From NCBI GenBank assembly GCA_002104905.1, contig MCFE01000208.1, positions 64,669 to 128,668 of the forward strand: a DNA stretch of 64,000 bases. Direction: 5' to 3'. The translations under genes and the position numbers were made by a program. The stretch is from Basidiobolus meristosporus CBS 931.73 (lineage: Eukaryota > Fungi > Basidiobolomycota). Below, in pieces: positions 12,347 through 27,100 of the stretch (within the stretch, counting starts at the first letter, position 1; each line of letters opens with the position of its first letter). The notes beneath the pieces are model-generated. The model did no database searches. It was given only the letters and a program-made list of their open reading frames with translations, and was not told where the DNA came from.

Positions 12347-13180
12347 ACACTGTGGTCTTCAGCTGGCACTGCATGGTCTAGCACCTCATATACCAGTCTT
12401 TGCAATAAACCCTTGCAATATTCAAGTGTGTACTCTTGAGCACTGCTGCAGCTGTTGAAGTACTGGACTATTTGGTATCATTCAGCATCTAAAAGTTTAC
12501 TTAACAATTCTAGACTAGTCTTAGTTGCTGTAGGACTCATTTACTGCCTTAACTTTGCCGCTTTCTCCAGATATATGATCTTATGATTATTCCCCTATAG
12601 TCAGGATCAAATTAGCACTATTACCAAACATTATGTACTAACCCTGACACTGTTACAGAATGCTCTTGAATATTGAGAAACCCTCCCCACTTAGTGTTAC
12701 AGCTGTATTACTTCTACAAAGGTATAAATACTGAGCTTCTTTATAAATAAACAACAGTTCAACTATTTTCACTATTTCTTGATAAGTTCCTTAGATCCAA
12801 ATCACTTCTTATATTGCAACAGCAGCCTCATGGTGTGCCTATTGATATTCCAATATTTCACTGAATGCATTGTGATAATCTTTTAAGTTCTTGACATTGT
12901 AGCCTTGTTTTCAGTGGGATTTCCACTCTGTCAACAATGCAGGAAGTGGAGGCCATGGTAGACAAATTGCCTTTTTGTACAGACTCATCTACCATGCTGG
13001 GGTGTAGCTCAACTGGCTGCTCTTCTAAATCTTGCAAAAACAGCTGTTTTCTTGTTGGTAATTCTTCTTGGCTATGACAAGATCCAGCCTGTTCCGGGCT
13101 TGTGGCATCAATTGGCAAGAACTGTGGCTGTTTTGCAGGCTTCCCTGTCTCAGGCTTGGGTAGACATCTTCCGTTTACCC
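12347..13180 (-). pseudogene. CACTA accessory gene fragment carrying a solo Copia LTR
   Basis: ORF 12858-13118 (QEELPTRKQLF..DNLSTMAST) matches 49950-50170 and 100-420. Confidence 0.7.
12453..12821 (+). mobile_element. Solo LTR of Copia family C
   Basis: TGTTG...GCAACA termini, perfect 5-bp TSD GCAGC, homologous to 18906-19272. Confidence 0.92.
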
Positions 13181-13864
13181 TTATATATAGCCTCTTAAGC
13201 TGCTTGACATGCAGCCATATATTCAGCTTCAGTTGTAGATATGGCCACAGTTGTTTGTTTCTTGCAATCCCAAGTAATATCTACACCAGTGTAGAGAAAT
13301 ACATACTCAGTGGTACATTGTCTATTCATCAGATCTCTTCCCCTATTTGAATCACTAAAAGCATAAAATATTTGCTTATTAGCTGCTCCAGAGTATTCCA
13401 GCATCATATTCATGGCAGCTTATATATATCTAAAAATCCACTTAACTGCTATAATTTGATCTGATCCATAATTCTGCATGAATTGGCTCACTATTCCAGC
13501 TGCCACTGCCATATCTGTATGTTAGACACCATCATGTACATCATGCAACCAACTATTGATTGATTGGAAAGGTTTTGTTCCATATTAAGCCATTTTCACC
13601 TAAAACTGGCTGAGATTTGTTCAATTTTAGATTTTTATTTATAAGGTTGGCTGCAGTCTTGCAATTTTCCACTTGTAAGCATGGGGGTCTTTTAAATTGG
13701 TAAAACCTTGTGGTTGCTCCACATATATAGTTTCTTGCAAATCCCCATTTAGAGTGGCTGTTTTGGCATTGATTTAGTGTTGATCTAGACTGCGTACAGC
13801 TGCCAGGTTAGGGCTGTCCTAATGGAGTTAAACTTGGCAACCAGAGCAAATATTTCCTTAAAGT

Positions 13865-16800
13865 TGTTATAATCCGCTGCTTAAATGTTTAAGTTAGATC
13901 AGTTTTTAGTCAAATAAATCAATTATATGCTTAGCTTATCAATATATTAGTCTTATCTATCAAATTAGTAGCATCAGTCAGCAGATGAATCAGCAGATCC
14001 TTATCAGACAGAAATAGATATATTATGTAAGATCTTATGGGGTGATGATGATGCAATCAAATGAGTCATCAGCCACAGCCTGCATTAGGAAATACAATTA
14101 GTCAGCAAATGATCTGGCAAAATATATATAAGGAGCTGCTGGAACCTCAGTAAAGATCAGTTCAAGTTCTAGTAAATATAATACTAGCTAAACTTCTTAT
14201 TCTTCTACAACTCTTATACCAAGACTTGTAACATTGGTAGCAGCAATAACTAGAAACATTCCTCATGAAGAAAGAAGAAGTCTCACTCAGGATGCCCTAA
14301 AATCAAGAATGGAAGAATGCTATGCAACAAATCCTAGCTCAGCAGCAACAGTTACTCCAGATCCTTAGCCTGCAGCAATAAGGAATGACTACTGTGGCCC
14401 AAAGCCAGCAGAACCCTGTCAAGAGCAACTTTAGTGTGAATGTCAACTGGTGCCATGGTAGAGTCAATGAAAAACTGGGAACATGGCTCTTCCAGATTGA
14501 AGAAGCCTTCATGGCTAAGGGAATTGCTCCAGAAAGCAAGTTACATTATGCAGCCTCTTACCAGGCAAATGCAGCTTTACAGTGGTATCACAGCAAGATC
14601 AGGTCAGCCACCATGATGGGATGCTCTAAAATCTCTAACTGGGATGAGTTTGTGTTGGAAAATCAGGATGCCTCTGAGTCCCCACACCAACACACACTAC
14701 TAAGTAGAAAGCTGAAGACACTCAAACAGAGAGGAATGGTCCAAGAGTACATCTATGAGTATAGATGTCTACTTGAGCAAATTGAAAGAATGTACCCTCT
14801 GGATCAAGTTGAATACTTTAATGATGGGTTGAAAGAAAGTACTTGTAAGGAAGTGAATTAGCAAAGACCTCAGACTATTGAAGATGCCATCAAGATTTCC
14901 ATTGACTATGACTCAGCTATGTTTGGAGTTAGGAAGCCCACAATGAGTAATGAGAGAGGCTACAATCCCTATCAAAGAAGACAATCAGAAGCAGTGCCAA
15001 TGGAAATAGATGCTACGCAGAAGAATCCTACCTCAGAAGAATGTAAGTAGAAAGGACTTTGCTTCAATTGCCACCAGCAGGGACATATTGCAAAGTACTG
15101 CCCTCAAAGATGAAATGGACACCAACTATCAAGAACCATTAACCATATTGAGGCCATGGAGCTTAGTCACATTGAGGATGAACTTAAAGAAGACTCAGAA
15201 CTCACCTTCCAAATGACAGAAGAATACCTATCCCAGATGACCTCAAACTCAGGATATCTATTACACTTGAATGGAGTAATCAATGGAGGACCTGCCAAGA
15301 TCAAGATTGACTCAGGAGCATTGCATGAGTACATGTCAGAGCAATTTGATTTGAAAGCTAGAATCAGCTTGGAACCCACCAAATCAACTTCAGTCTTAAC
15401 AGCTGATAGGAACTCTCTCATAATCAACCATATTACTCAGCCAAAAAGGATGAAGATCAATGACTATGAAGAAGAGCTACAGGCCTATATATTTGGGAAC
15501 TGCAAGTTTGACCTTGTACTGGGGAAAACCTGGGTATTTTGCTGTAATCCATCAATCAACTGGGGAACCCATGCTACTCAGATCCTGAAGGACAACAAGA
15601 CCTATGAGCTATTACCTGCCAGACTGGATCTTAACTTGGTCAATTCTAGTGTGTGTGAAACAAGTGAGCTCATTAAGACACAGTTCTGTAGAGGACTATG
15701 AAAAGGCACTCAGATGTTCCTCATGGCAGTATTACAGGAGGATTCCTCCACTCCAGTACCCCAGAAGGTCCAGAATCTTTTGAAGGAGTATTCAGACGTA
15801 TTTCCAGAAGAGCTTGTAAGCCTATTACCAGTCAGAGATGTGGATCATGCCATTGAAGCAGGAGATAGCCCTCCGGTAAGTAAGTCACCTTACAGAATGA
15901 GTCCATTGGAGTTGGAAGAGATGAAGAGACAAATAGTGCAGTTACTGGAGCAGGGATATATCCAACCCCACAAGTCACCTTGGGGAGCACCAGTACTTTT
16001 TGTGAAGAAGATGGATGGATCAATTAGATTATGCTTTGAGTATAGAGCCTCCAACTTAGTTGTTGTGAAGAATAAGTACCCCATACCTTGGATTGATGAG
16101 CACCTGGACCAACTCAATGGAGCCACTATTTTCAGCAAGATTGACCTCTTGTCAGGATACAACCAGATTAGGGTGAAGCCAGAAGATATCCCAAAGACAG
16201 CATTCAGGACTAGATATGGACTTTACAAGTACTTAGTCATGAGTTTTGGCCTCACCAATGCCCCTGCAACATTCATGATGCTGATGCAGAATGACTTCCA
16301 GGAGTACTTAGGCAAGTTTGTCATAATCTACCTAGATGATATATTGATACACAGCAAGACAGAAGAGGATCACATGGTGCACATTGAACAGGTCTTGAAG
16401 AAACTAAGAGAGAACAAGCTTTATGGCAATTTACCCAAGCATGAATTCTTCAAGGAACATGATGAATATCTGGGACACATTGTGACTAGCAAATGAGTAA
16501 CCTTAGACCCTGAGAAGGTTGAAGTTATCAAGAATCTGAAGCAGCCCCATAGCATATCTGAGCTCAGATCATTCCTTGGAATGGTTTCCTATTGTTGGAG
16601 ATTTGTCAAATCTTTTGCAAGTATTGCAGCCCCTTTAACTGATATCCTCAAGAAAGACAATACCTACAAGTGGGTCATACCTTGTAAGACTGCCTTCCAG
16701 ATGCTCAAAAATATACTTGCTAAGCTGCAAAGCTTAAGCATACCTGACTTCCAAAAAGAGTTTACTCTGTGCACAGATGCTTCATATTATGCAATTAGTG

Positions 16801-18751
16801 GAGTGTGGAGCCAAGAACACATGGGAAAGGACTACCCTATTGCCTTTGAATCCAAGAATCTTAACTCAGCAGAACAAAACTATCCAGTGCATGAGAAGGA
16901 TATGCTTGCTATAATACATTGTTGAAAGACATGGAAATGCTAAATTGAAGGAGTCAAATGCACTGTGAAGACTGATCATGCCTCCCTTAAGTATATATTT
17001 ACTCAGAAGGTGCTCTCTGGAAGAATGACAAGATGGAGTGAGTACATTCAGCAATTTGATTAGGAGATTGTCTACTGCCCTGGAAAAAACAACAGTCGCT
17101 GATATCTTACCAAGACTAGAACAAGTTGCACAACTCAACTTGGTGCATGAATCAGATTGGCCTAGCCTATTACCAAAGTACTTGGAGGACCAAGCCATTC
17201 CTAATGAGGTGGATGAAGATATCAAGAAGAAGATCCTGGATGAAGCCAACAAACTTGTAGTACAGGATGAAACACTCTACCATATTGTTGATCAAAGCCC
17301 TATTGCCTATTGCCCTTAAGTTGCTTGCCTGGATTTGATACATAAGCTACACAATGGATATGGACAACTTGGAATTGAAGGAACCTATAGCCTTGTGAAA
17401 GCCAGAGCATGGTGACCCAGAATAAACAAGACATAGAGAAGCTAGTGAAAACATGCCCAACTTGCCAAATCAACCAAGGCCAACCACAGAGAATGGCTGA
17501 ACTCTTTTATTGGAGCCAGTAAGACCATTTGAAGTATGGGGAACTGACTTTATTAGAAGACTCCCAACTACCAGGAAATGCAACCATTGGATCCTAGTAA
17601 CAATTGACCATGCCACTGAATGGCCAGTGGCTAAAGCTGTACCTACAGCCAGTGAAGAAGAAGTTGCAAGTTTCATCTACCATGAGATCCTTATGAAGTT
17701 TAGATGCCCTGTAGAGATTCTATCCAGCAGAGGCGCAAACCTAATTGCAAAGATATTGGAAGCTTACCTGGAAATGCAGAAGATCAAACACTTGAAAACC
17801 TGTGCATATCATCCCAGAACTAATGGATTCACTGAACAGTTTAATAGATTATTTGGAAAAGTGCTAACCGGGTATGCAAATGGTGTTGTCAGTAAATGGG
17901 AGGAGTATAGAGACCAAGCACTCTTTGCCTGCAGAGTCAGAGTACAAAACACCACCCAACAATTGCCATTTTACTTAGTGTATGAATGTGAACCAAGGCT
18001 TCCAGGAGATCTCACACAACCAAAGCTTATAGATGCCTTAGAAGATGAACTCAGTTAGCCAAGTAGACACCAGCAACTGCAACAAAGACATCAAGAGGCA
18101 CAGGCCAAAGTATCTCAAAGTGCAGAAAAGATGAAGAAGTGATTTGATGAAACAACACTCAGAAGAAGTTTGTGCCACAATGGACAGGACCATTCAAGAT
18201 CATCTGAGAATGTCCACTTGCAACTTACCAACTAGTGGACAAACAAGGCAATATCCAGGAAGACTTAGTGCATAGGGACAGACTCAGGCTTGCAAGACTT
18301 GCTGATAATACTGAACTATCAAGTTATTGGTATCACAAGAAAAGAGATTCAGGAGAACCCTCTCAGCTTTAGTAAGGGAGAATGTTATGATCTGCCACTT
18401 GAATGTTGAAGCTAGAGCAGTTTTTAGTCAAATCAATTATTTATATGTTTAGCTTATCAGTATATCAGTATTATCTATCAAATTAGTAGCATTAGTCAGC
18501 AGATGAATCAACAGATCCTTATCCAACAGAAATAGGTATATTAAGTAGGATCTTATTGGGTGATGATGATGCGATCAAATGAGTCATCAGCCACAGTCTA
18601 CAATAGGAAATACAACTAGTCAGCAATTAATCTGGCAAATTATATATAAGGAGCTGCAGGAACCTCAATGAAGATCAGTTCAAGTTTTGGTGAATACAAT
18701 ACTAGCTAAACTCCCTATTCCTCAACACCTCTTTTACAAAGACTTGTAACA
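13865..18751 (+). mobile_element. Full-length degenerate Ty3/Gypsy element B1
   Basis: LTRs 13865-14233 and 18383-18751, 4-bp TSD AAGT, PBS TGGTAGCAG (14235-14243), PPT upstream of 18383. CCHC knuckle, IDSGA protease, RT ([14 protein letters not shown]), RNase H, integrase with GPF motif, no chromodomain seen. Confidence 0.95.
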
Positions 18752-18905
18752 AAGTCTAGTCCCTGAATCTGGGATAGCCTTTAGCCCCCAATCTAGCCTT
18801 CTGCTTATTGGTAGTACCATTTGAGGTTATTTTGAACTTGTAGACCCATCTGTATCCTATTGGGTTTGTCCTATTTGGTAAATCTACCAGTTCCCATGTT
18901 TTTGC

Positions 18906-21900
18906 TGTTGAAATATTTGGTTATTTACTATTAATCAGCAGCTAAAAATTTACTAAGCAATTCCAAACCAGTCTTTGTCACTGTAGGATTAATTTGCACC
19001 TCAACTTTGACAGTTTTTTCACAACTATGATTCTATGATTATTCTCCTATAGTCAGATCAAATTAATGCTGCTACCAAAAATAATGTACTAACCCTGAAA
19101 CTGCTAAAGAATGCCCTTAAATGTTAAGAAACCCTACTTACTTAGTGCTATAACTGTATCACCTCTACAGAGGTATAGTTACTGATCCTCTTTATTAATA
19201 TACAACAGTCAAACTATTATCACTATCCCTTGATAAGTTCCTTATATTCAAATCACTGCTTAAATTGCACCAGGTTATGTGCCCCAGTTACCTTAACCTA
19301 TTCTAAAGATGACTTCTACCAGCAAACAGAACTACACAAACATCTTTCCTGTAAAGAAGAGGCTTGACAGCAAGAACTACAGACCTTGAAGAATCAAGAT
19401 GCAGATCCACCTTGAGGAAAGAAAACTTTGGAATATAGAAACAAGAAAAGAAGTGGAGCCCAAAGGAACAGCAGAAGCAGTAGAGAAGTTTCAAGAGAAG
19501 GAGAGAAAGCCCATTAATGCTATGTGTATCAATGTGCAAAATTCCTTCATTGGACAAATCCATGCTTCAAATACTGCCAAAGCAGTATGGGAGTCCTGAG
19601 AAAATCTTTAGAGCAATGTCAGTATCAAGCAAACTTTGTCTAAGACAAAAGTTCTTCAACATGAGGGAGAGGCCAGATGATGACAAGTTACAACTCATTA
19701 TCAGATTGGTGACACTTCAAGAAGAACTTTACAGGATTAATGCTGGTCCAGATGAGTAAAAGATACTTGGCCTGCTTTGTAGCCTACCAGATATGAATGA
19801 GCAACTCATACTTTCTTTTAAGAGCAGCAAAGAGAACTTGGCTTTAGACCATGTTAAAGGAAGACTTCTCCTTGAAGAACTCTGACACAATAGTCAAGCA
19901 GAGAAAATTGAAGACAATGATTTATTCATCTTCAACAGGCACACAGAAAAGAAGGGAAAGCAACAACACCAAAGGAAACCTTGTGGCTGTCATTACTGTA
20001 CAAAGCCAGGACACTGGGCAAGAGGATGCAGCAAGAAATAAGCAGATGGAAAGCCGAAACTGGAGCTAGCAAACCATATAACTACAGATGAGTAGCTATT
20101 TGTAACTGTACAAGAGAGTACAAGCAACTAAAGTAATAAGTGGTACATTGACTCTGGAGCATCTCAGCATATTTGTGGTATAAAGGAGTGATTCAGCAAC
20201 TTCAAGACTATTTCTGCAAGAAAGGTTTTTCTGGGAGACAACTGTGCACTGGAAGCTAACACTAGTGGGGCTACACTACTTGGAATGAGTGGTATATCAG
20301 AAGCTTCATTAGCAAAAATGACTGGCATATTCCGCATACCTGTAATAGCTAGGAAACTACTCTCAGTTGGTACAGCAAATGCTCAGGAACTGAAACTTAC
20401 TTTTACTAAGCTGAACTGCTCATTATTGAGTGAAAATGGACAAGAATTAGATTTGGGAATCAGAGATCACAATACATATAGGTTACAATGCAAGATTATT
20501 GTACCTGAGTATGTGAACATTGCTGAAATCTATTAAATCAACTGGGAAACATGGCATAGGAGGCTAGGACACATTGGGGAACAGAAAATGAGCCAATTGA
20601 TGGCAAATGAGCTTGTTTCAGCCTATGTTACCCAATAACCATAATATTGAGTGTCTGTAAGGGATGTTCATATGACAAACAAGCTAGGCAATTTAGTGAG
20701 AGTTCAGCCGGCATCAGCACCATCAAGATATTGGCTGTTGTACACTCAGACATTTGTGGGCCCATGAGAACAATGTCCTCTAGAGTCAAGAGATACTTTA
20801 TGACAATTATTGATGCCAAGACAAGATATACATAGGTACACTTCCTTAAAACAAAGGATGAGGATTTAAAGACATTTAGCCACTTCAAAAACATGGCAGA
20901 AACACAAACTGGGTGTAAATTGATATACTTTGAAGTTATTATGGAAGAGAATACTGCTCAAAGGAGTTTGCAAAGCACTGCTCACCCACTGGTTTACTTT
21001 TACAGGCTACTGTTCCAGATACTCCACAGAAAAATGGGGTTGCAGAAGGTACCTATAAAGTAATAATAGAGTTGGGAGGATCTATACTCCATGATTAGGG
21101 AATGGACTATAAGTTTTGGGCTGAATCTGTTGCTGACATGGTACACATCAAGAATAGATCTCCAACTACAGTACTAAACAATTATACACCCTTGGAAGCA
21201 TATACAGCCAAAAAAGCAGACCCCCAGCACCTCAGGATCTTTGGCAGTGGTGTCTTCTATCACATCCCTGACAAAAAAAATTCAAAGCTGGAGCAAAAGA
21301 GTAGAAAAGGGATCTGTCTTGGGTATTGTGATGATATCAAAGGGTATAGAGTGTGTGATGGCAGAATTTAGAAGCTGATCAAGGGCAGGGACGCTTTATT
21401 TGAGAAGAATTCAGATCAGAAAGCCATAGTCAACATTGGCCAGCTGCCTGATGATGCAGTCAACACCAATGAAGAAGATACATACCAAATTCAGCCAGAT
21501 GCAAATGTTAGTTCTACTAGCTCCAGATCAGAGAAGATCATCCCAGCTAGGAGATCTACCAGAATAAGTATGCACCAGGATCCTGGCGGCAGATATCCAA
21601 TGATCATCAAGAAGCTTTTCTTGCCTTATGTACCAATCCTCACAATCTGGAACAGGCAATGCAAGGCCAGATGCTACTATGTGGCAACAAGCCATGCAGG
21701 AGGAGTACCAATCACTGATCAATGCAACAACATGGGAACTGGCAGGTTTACCAAAAGGGAGGAAGCCAATCAGATGTAGAAGGGTCTACCAGATCTAGAT
21801 AACATCAAATGATATCATTGATAAGTACAAGGCTAGACCAATTGCTAAAGGCTATTCCCATATTCAGGGACCAGACTTGAAGGAAACTTTTGCTCTGCTA

Positions 21901-23481
21901 GCTAACTTTAACTCCATTTCAAGAGTTATAGTCTTGGCAGCTGTACACAGTTTAGGTCTACGCCAAATGAATGTCAAAACAGCCATTCTAAATGGGGGTT
22001 TGCAAGAAACTATCTATATAGAGCAACCAGAAGGTTTTGCCAATCCAATAGACCCCCATATGGTTTGCAGACTTAGGAAAATGACATATGGGCTTAAGCA
22101 GTCACCTAGAGCATGGCATCACAAGATTGACATATATATAGTGGAGATTGGGTTCATTCATAGCAATGTAAATCATAGTGCATATGTGAAACAGCTCATA
22201 AAAGGTGTGATCATCCTAGTGCTTTGTGTAGACAATCAAATATTAGATACAAGTGACCAAGAGGCACTTAAACAATTGTCTTCAGATCTCTTCAGCAAGT
22301 TTGAGACAAAATATTGTGGAAAATTGAGCTATTTTCTTGGAACTGAAGTGAAATTTGACATTTCTACACAGAAATATATGCTGAATCTGTTCAAGTACAT
22401 CAGGGAAACTCTGAAATGTTTTAAAATGAGAAATTGCAAGGCTGCAGCCACCCCTATGGAAAATAATCCAGAACTGAGCAAATCCCAGCCAGTTAAAGGT
22501 TAAATAGCTTAAATTTGGACCAAACTAACCTATCAGTCAGTGGTCAGTAGTGTAATGTACATGATGGTTTCTACACCTGCAGATATGACAGTTTCAGTTG
22601 GAATAGTGAGTCAATTTATGCAGAATTATGGATCAGATCAAATTACAGCAGATAAGTGGACTCTCAGATATCTACAAGGTACCATAAATATGGTGCTGGA
22701 ATACTCTGGAGCAACTAATAGGCAAATTTTTGATGGTAATAGTGATTCAGATTGGGGTAGAGATCCAATTGACAGATACTCTACCACCGGAATGTATTTT
22801 GTTACGCTGGTGCAGCTATTACTTGGAATTCAAGAAATAACCAATTGTGGCCCTATCTACAACTCAATATGTGGCTGCTTTCCAAGCAATCAAGGAGGTT
22901 TTATGGCTACTGAAATAGTTCAAACACTTAAGCTTTAATCCAGATGAACTAACATGTATTTATCAAGATAATCAAAGTGGTATTTCATTAGCTAGAAATG
23001 CTACTAATCATGCCAGAGCTAAGCACATACATATACAACTGCACTTTGGGAGGGAAGCTGTAGAAGATTACTTAGGGGAGTTAGTTTACTGTCCAACTGA
23101 CAAAATGGTGGAAGATACGTTGACAAAACCACTTGCTGGACCATAATTTGAGAATCTCAAAGAGGAATCAAGATCAAGAAATCATTCATTTGAGAGGGAG
23201 TGTTAAAATTTCTAACAGTTTGGTATCATTTAGCCGCTAAAAATTTACTTCACAGTTCTAGACTAGTCTTGTCACTGTAGCACTAGTTTGCAGCCACAAC
23301 TTTGCCAGTTTCTTCACATCTATGCTCCTATGATTATTCTCCTATAGTCAAGATCAAGTTATCACTTTCATCAAGCATTATGTACTAACCCTGAAACTGT
23401 TATAGAATGCTTGTGAATGTTGAGAAACCCTTCTTACTTTTGAAAGCTCCTTATATCCAAATTACTTGTTGAATTGCAACA
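18906..23481 (+). mobile_element. Full-length degenerate Ty1/Copia element C2
   Basis: LTRs 18906-19272 and 23201-23481 (the latter internally deleted), perfect 5-bp TSD TTTGC, PBS GGTTATGTGCCC, PPT TGAGAGGGAG. Order gag-PR-IN-RT-RH. Confidence 0.95.
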
Positions 23482-24153
23482 TTTGCTTTGATCTGTGATT
23501 GGTACTCCTTATGCATGGCTTGTTGCATGTAGTAGCATCTGCACTTTGCATTGCCTGTTCCAGATTTTGAGGTTTGGCACATAAGGCAGGATAAGATTTT
23601 TCATGATGATTGGATGTCTGCCACCTGGATCCAAGGGCATTTCTTATACTGGTAGATCTCCTGACTGGCATAATTGGCTCTGATCTAGAACTGGTCAAGT
23701 TATCATCTGTTTCTGGCTTAATTGGGCACAGATCTTTTTCATTGGCGTTGATTGCATCATCAGGCAGCTGGTCGATGATATTTGAGGCTTTTTGGTCTGA
23801 ATTCTCCTCAAATACTACCTCCCTGCTGTGATCAGATTCTGAATTCCACCATCTAACACTCTATTCCCATTAGTATCATCACAATACCCAACAAAGAATT
23901 TTTTTATACTCATTGGTTCAAGCATTGAATGTTTCTAGTCAGGAATGCAATAAAGGACACCACTGCCAAAAATCCTGTAGTACTGGAGATCTGGTTCATT
24001 GCAATAAATGCTTCAAAGGGTAAAGAATCATGTATTACTGTTGTTGGTCATCTATTCTTGCTGTATACTGTGGTAGCAGCAGATTCAGCCCAAAGCTTGT
24101 GGTCCATTCCCTTATCGTGTAGCATAGATCTTCCCATCTCTACTATAGCTTAT

Positions 24154-27100
24154 TATTATGATCTGCCGCTTGAATGTTTAAGTTAGAGAAGTTTTTAGTT
24201 GAATCAATGAGTTATATGTTTAGCTTATCAGTATATCAGTATTGTGTATCAAATTAGTAGTATTAGTTAGCAAATGAATCAGCAGATCTTTATCCAACAG
24301 AAATAGGTAAAATAAGTTGGATCTTATTGGGTGATGATGATGCAATCAAATGAGTCATCAGCCACAGCCTACATTTGAAAATACATTAGTCAGCAATTAA
24401 TCTGGCAAATTATGTATAAGGAGCTGCAGGAACCTCAATAGATATCAGTTCAAGTTTTAGTGAATACAATACTAGCTAAAGTCCCTATTCCTCTACAACT
24501 CTTACACCAAGACTTATAACAGTGGTAGCAGCAATAACCTGAAACATCATTCTTGAAGAAAGAAGTAGCCTCCCTCAAGATGTTGAAAAATCAAGAATGG
24601 AAGAACTCTATGCAACAAATCCTGGCCCAGCAGCAACAGTTACCTCAAATTCTTAGCCTGCAGCAACAAGGAATGACTACTGTGGCCTAAAGCCAGTAAA
24701 ACCCTGTCAAGAGCAACTTTAGTGTTAGGGTCAACTGGTACTATGGTAGAGTCAATGAAAAACTGGGAACTTGGCTCTTCCAGATTGAAGAAGCTTTCAA
24801 GCCTATGGGAATTGCCCCAGAAAAAAAGTTACATTATGCAGCCACTTACCTGGCAAATGCAGCTTTACAGTGGTACCCCAAGAAGATCAGGTCAGACATC
24901 ATAATGGGATTCACTACAATCTCTACCTGGGATGAGTTTGTGTAGAAAAATCAGGATGCCTTTGAGCCCCCACATCAACAGACACTACTAAGAAGAAGGT
25001 TGAAGACACTCAGGCAGAAAGGAATGGTCCAAATGTACACCTAAAAACATAGATGTCTACTTGGGCAAATTGAAAGAATGTACCCTCTGGATCAAGTTGA
25101 ATACTTTATTGATGGGTTGAAAGAAAGTACTTGTAAGGAAGTGAATTAACAAAGACCTCAGACTATTGAAGATGCCATCAAGATTTCCATTGACTATGAC
25201 TCAGCTATGTTTGGAGTTAGGAAGCCCACAATGAGTAATCAGAGAGGCTACAATACCTATCAAAGAAGACAATCAGGAGCAGTGCCAATAAAAAAAATGT
25301 TATGCAGAAGAATTCTACCTCAGAAGAATGTAATAAGAAAGGACTTTGCTTCAATTGCCACCAGCAGGGACATATTGCAAAGTACTGCCCTCAGAGACAA
25401 AATGGACACCAACCATCAGAACCTTTGACCATATTGAGGCCATGGAGCATAGTCACATGGAGGATAAACTTGAGGAAGACTCAGAATTCACCTTCCATAT
25501 GACAGAAAAATACCTATCCCAGATGATCTCATACTCAGGAAAGCTACTACACTTGAATGGAGTAATCAATAGAGGACCTGCCAAGATCAAGATTGACTCA
25601 GGAGCATTGCATGAGTACATGTCAGAGCCATTTGATTTGAAAGCTGGAATCAGCTTGGAACCCACCAAATCAACTTCAGTCTTAACAGCTGATAGGAACT
25701 CTCTCATAATCAACCATATTACGCAGCCAAAAAGGATGAAGATCAATGACTATGAAGAAGAGCTACAGGCCTATATATTTGGGAACTGCAAGTTTGACCT
25801 TGTACTTGTGAAAACCTGGGTATTTTGTTGTAATCCATCAATCAACTGGGAACCCATGCTACTCAGATCCTGAAGGACAACAAGACCTATGAGCTATTAC
25901 CTGCCAGACTGGATCTTAACTTGGTCAATTCTAGTGTGTGTGAAACAAGTGAGCTTAGTAAGACACAGTTCTGTAGAGGACTATGAAAAGGCACCCAGAT
26001 GTTCCTCATGGCAGTATTACAGGAGGATTTCTCCACTCCAGTACCCCAGAAGGTCCAGAATCTTCTAAAGGAGTATTTGAACGTATTTCCAGAAGAGCTT
26101 GTAAGCCTATCACCAGTCAGAGACATGAATCATGCCATTGAAGCAGGAGATAGCCCTCCGGTGAGTAAGTCACCTTACAGAATAAGTCCATTGGAACTTG
26201 AAGAGATGAAGAGACAAGTAAATCAGTAATGGAGCAAGTATATATCAGACCCAGCAAGTCACCCTGGGGAGCACCAGTGCTTTTTGTGACAAAGAAAGAA
26301 GAAACACTTAGAATGTGCATCAACTACAGAGCCCTCAGCTCAGTTACTGTGAAGAATACGTACCCCATACCTTGGATTGATGAGCTTTTGGACCAACTCT
26401 GTGGAGCCACTATTTTCAGCAAGATTGACCTTTTTTCAGGATACAACCAGATTAGGGTGAAGCCAGAAGACATCCCTAAGACAGCATTCAGGACTAGATA
26501 TGGACATTACAAGTACTTAGTCATGAGTTTTGGCCTCACCAATGCCCCTGCAACATTAATGACCCTGATGCAGACTGTCTTCCAGGAGTACTTAGACAAG
26601 TTTGTCATAATCTACCTAGATGATATATTGCTATACAGCAAGACAGAAGAGGATTACATGGTGCACATTGAACAGGTCTTGAAGAGGCTTAGAGGGCAGG
26701 CTTTTTGGTAAGCTACCCAAGTGTGTTCTTCAAGGAAGATGATGAACATCTGGGACACATAGTGACTAGCACATGAGTAACCTTAAACCCTAAGAAGGTT
26801 AAAGTTATCAAGAATCTGAAGCAGTTTCATAGCATATCAGAGCTCATATCATTCCTTGGAATGGTTTCCAATCATTGGGGATTTCTCAAGTCCTTTGCAA
26901 ATATTGCAGCCCCTTTAAGTGATGTCCTCAAGAAAGACAATACCTACACGTGGGACATAGCTTGTGAGGTTGCCTTCCAGACACTCAAGAATGAACTTGC
27001 TAAGCTACTAAGCTTAAGAATACCTGACTTCATAAAAGAGTTTACTCTTTGTACAGATGCTTCAGATTATGCAATTGGTGGAGTGTTGAGCCAAGAACAC

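Noticed and set aside
13865-18751. Calling the hypermutation classical CpA-specific RIP
   Set aside because: LTR-pair differences include CpG, CpT and CpC contexts and some transversions; a computed spectrum is needed.
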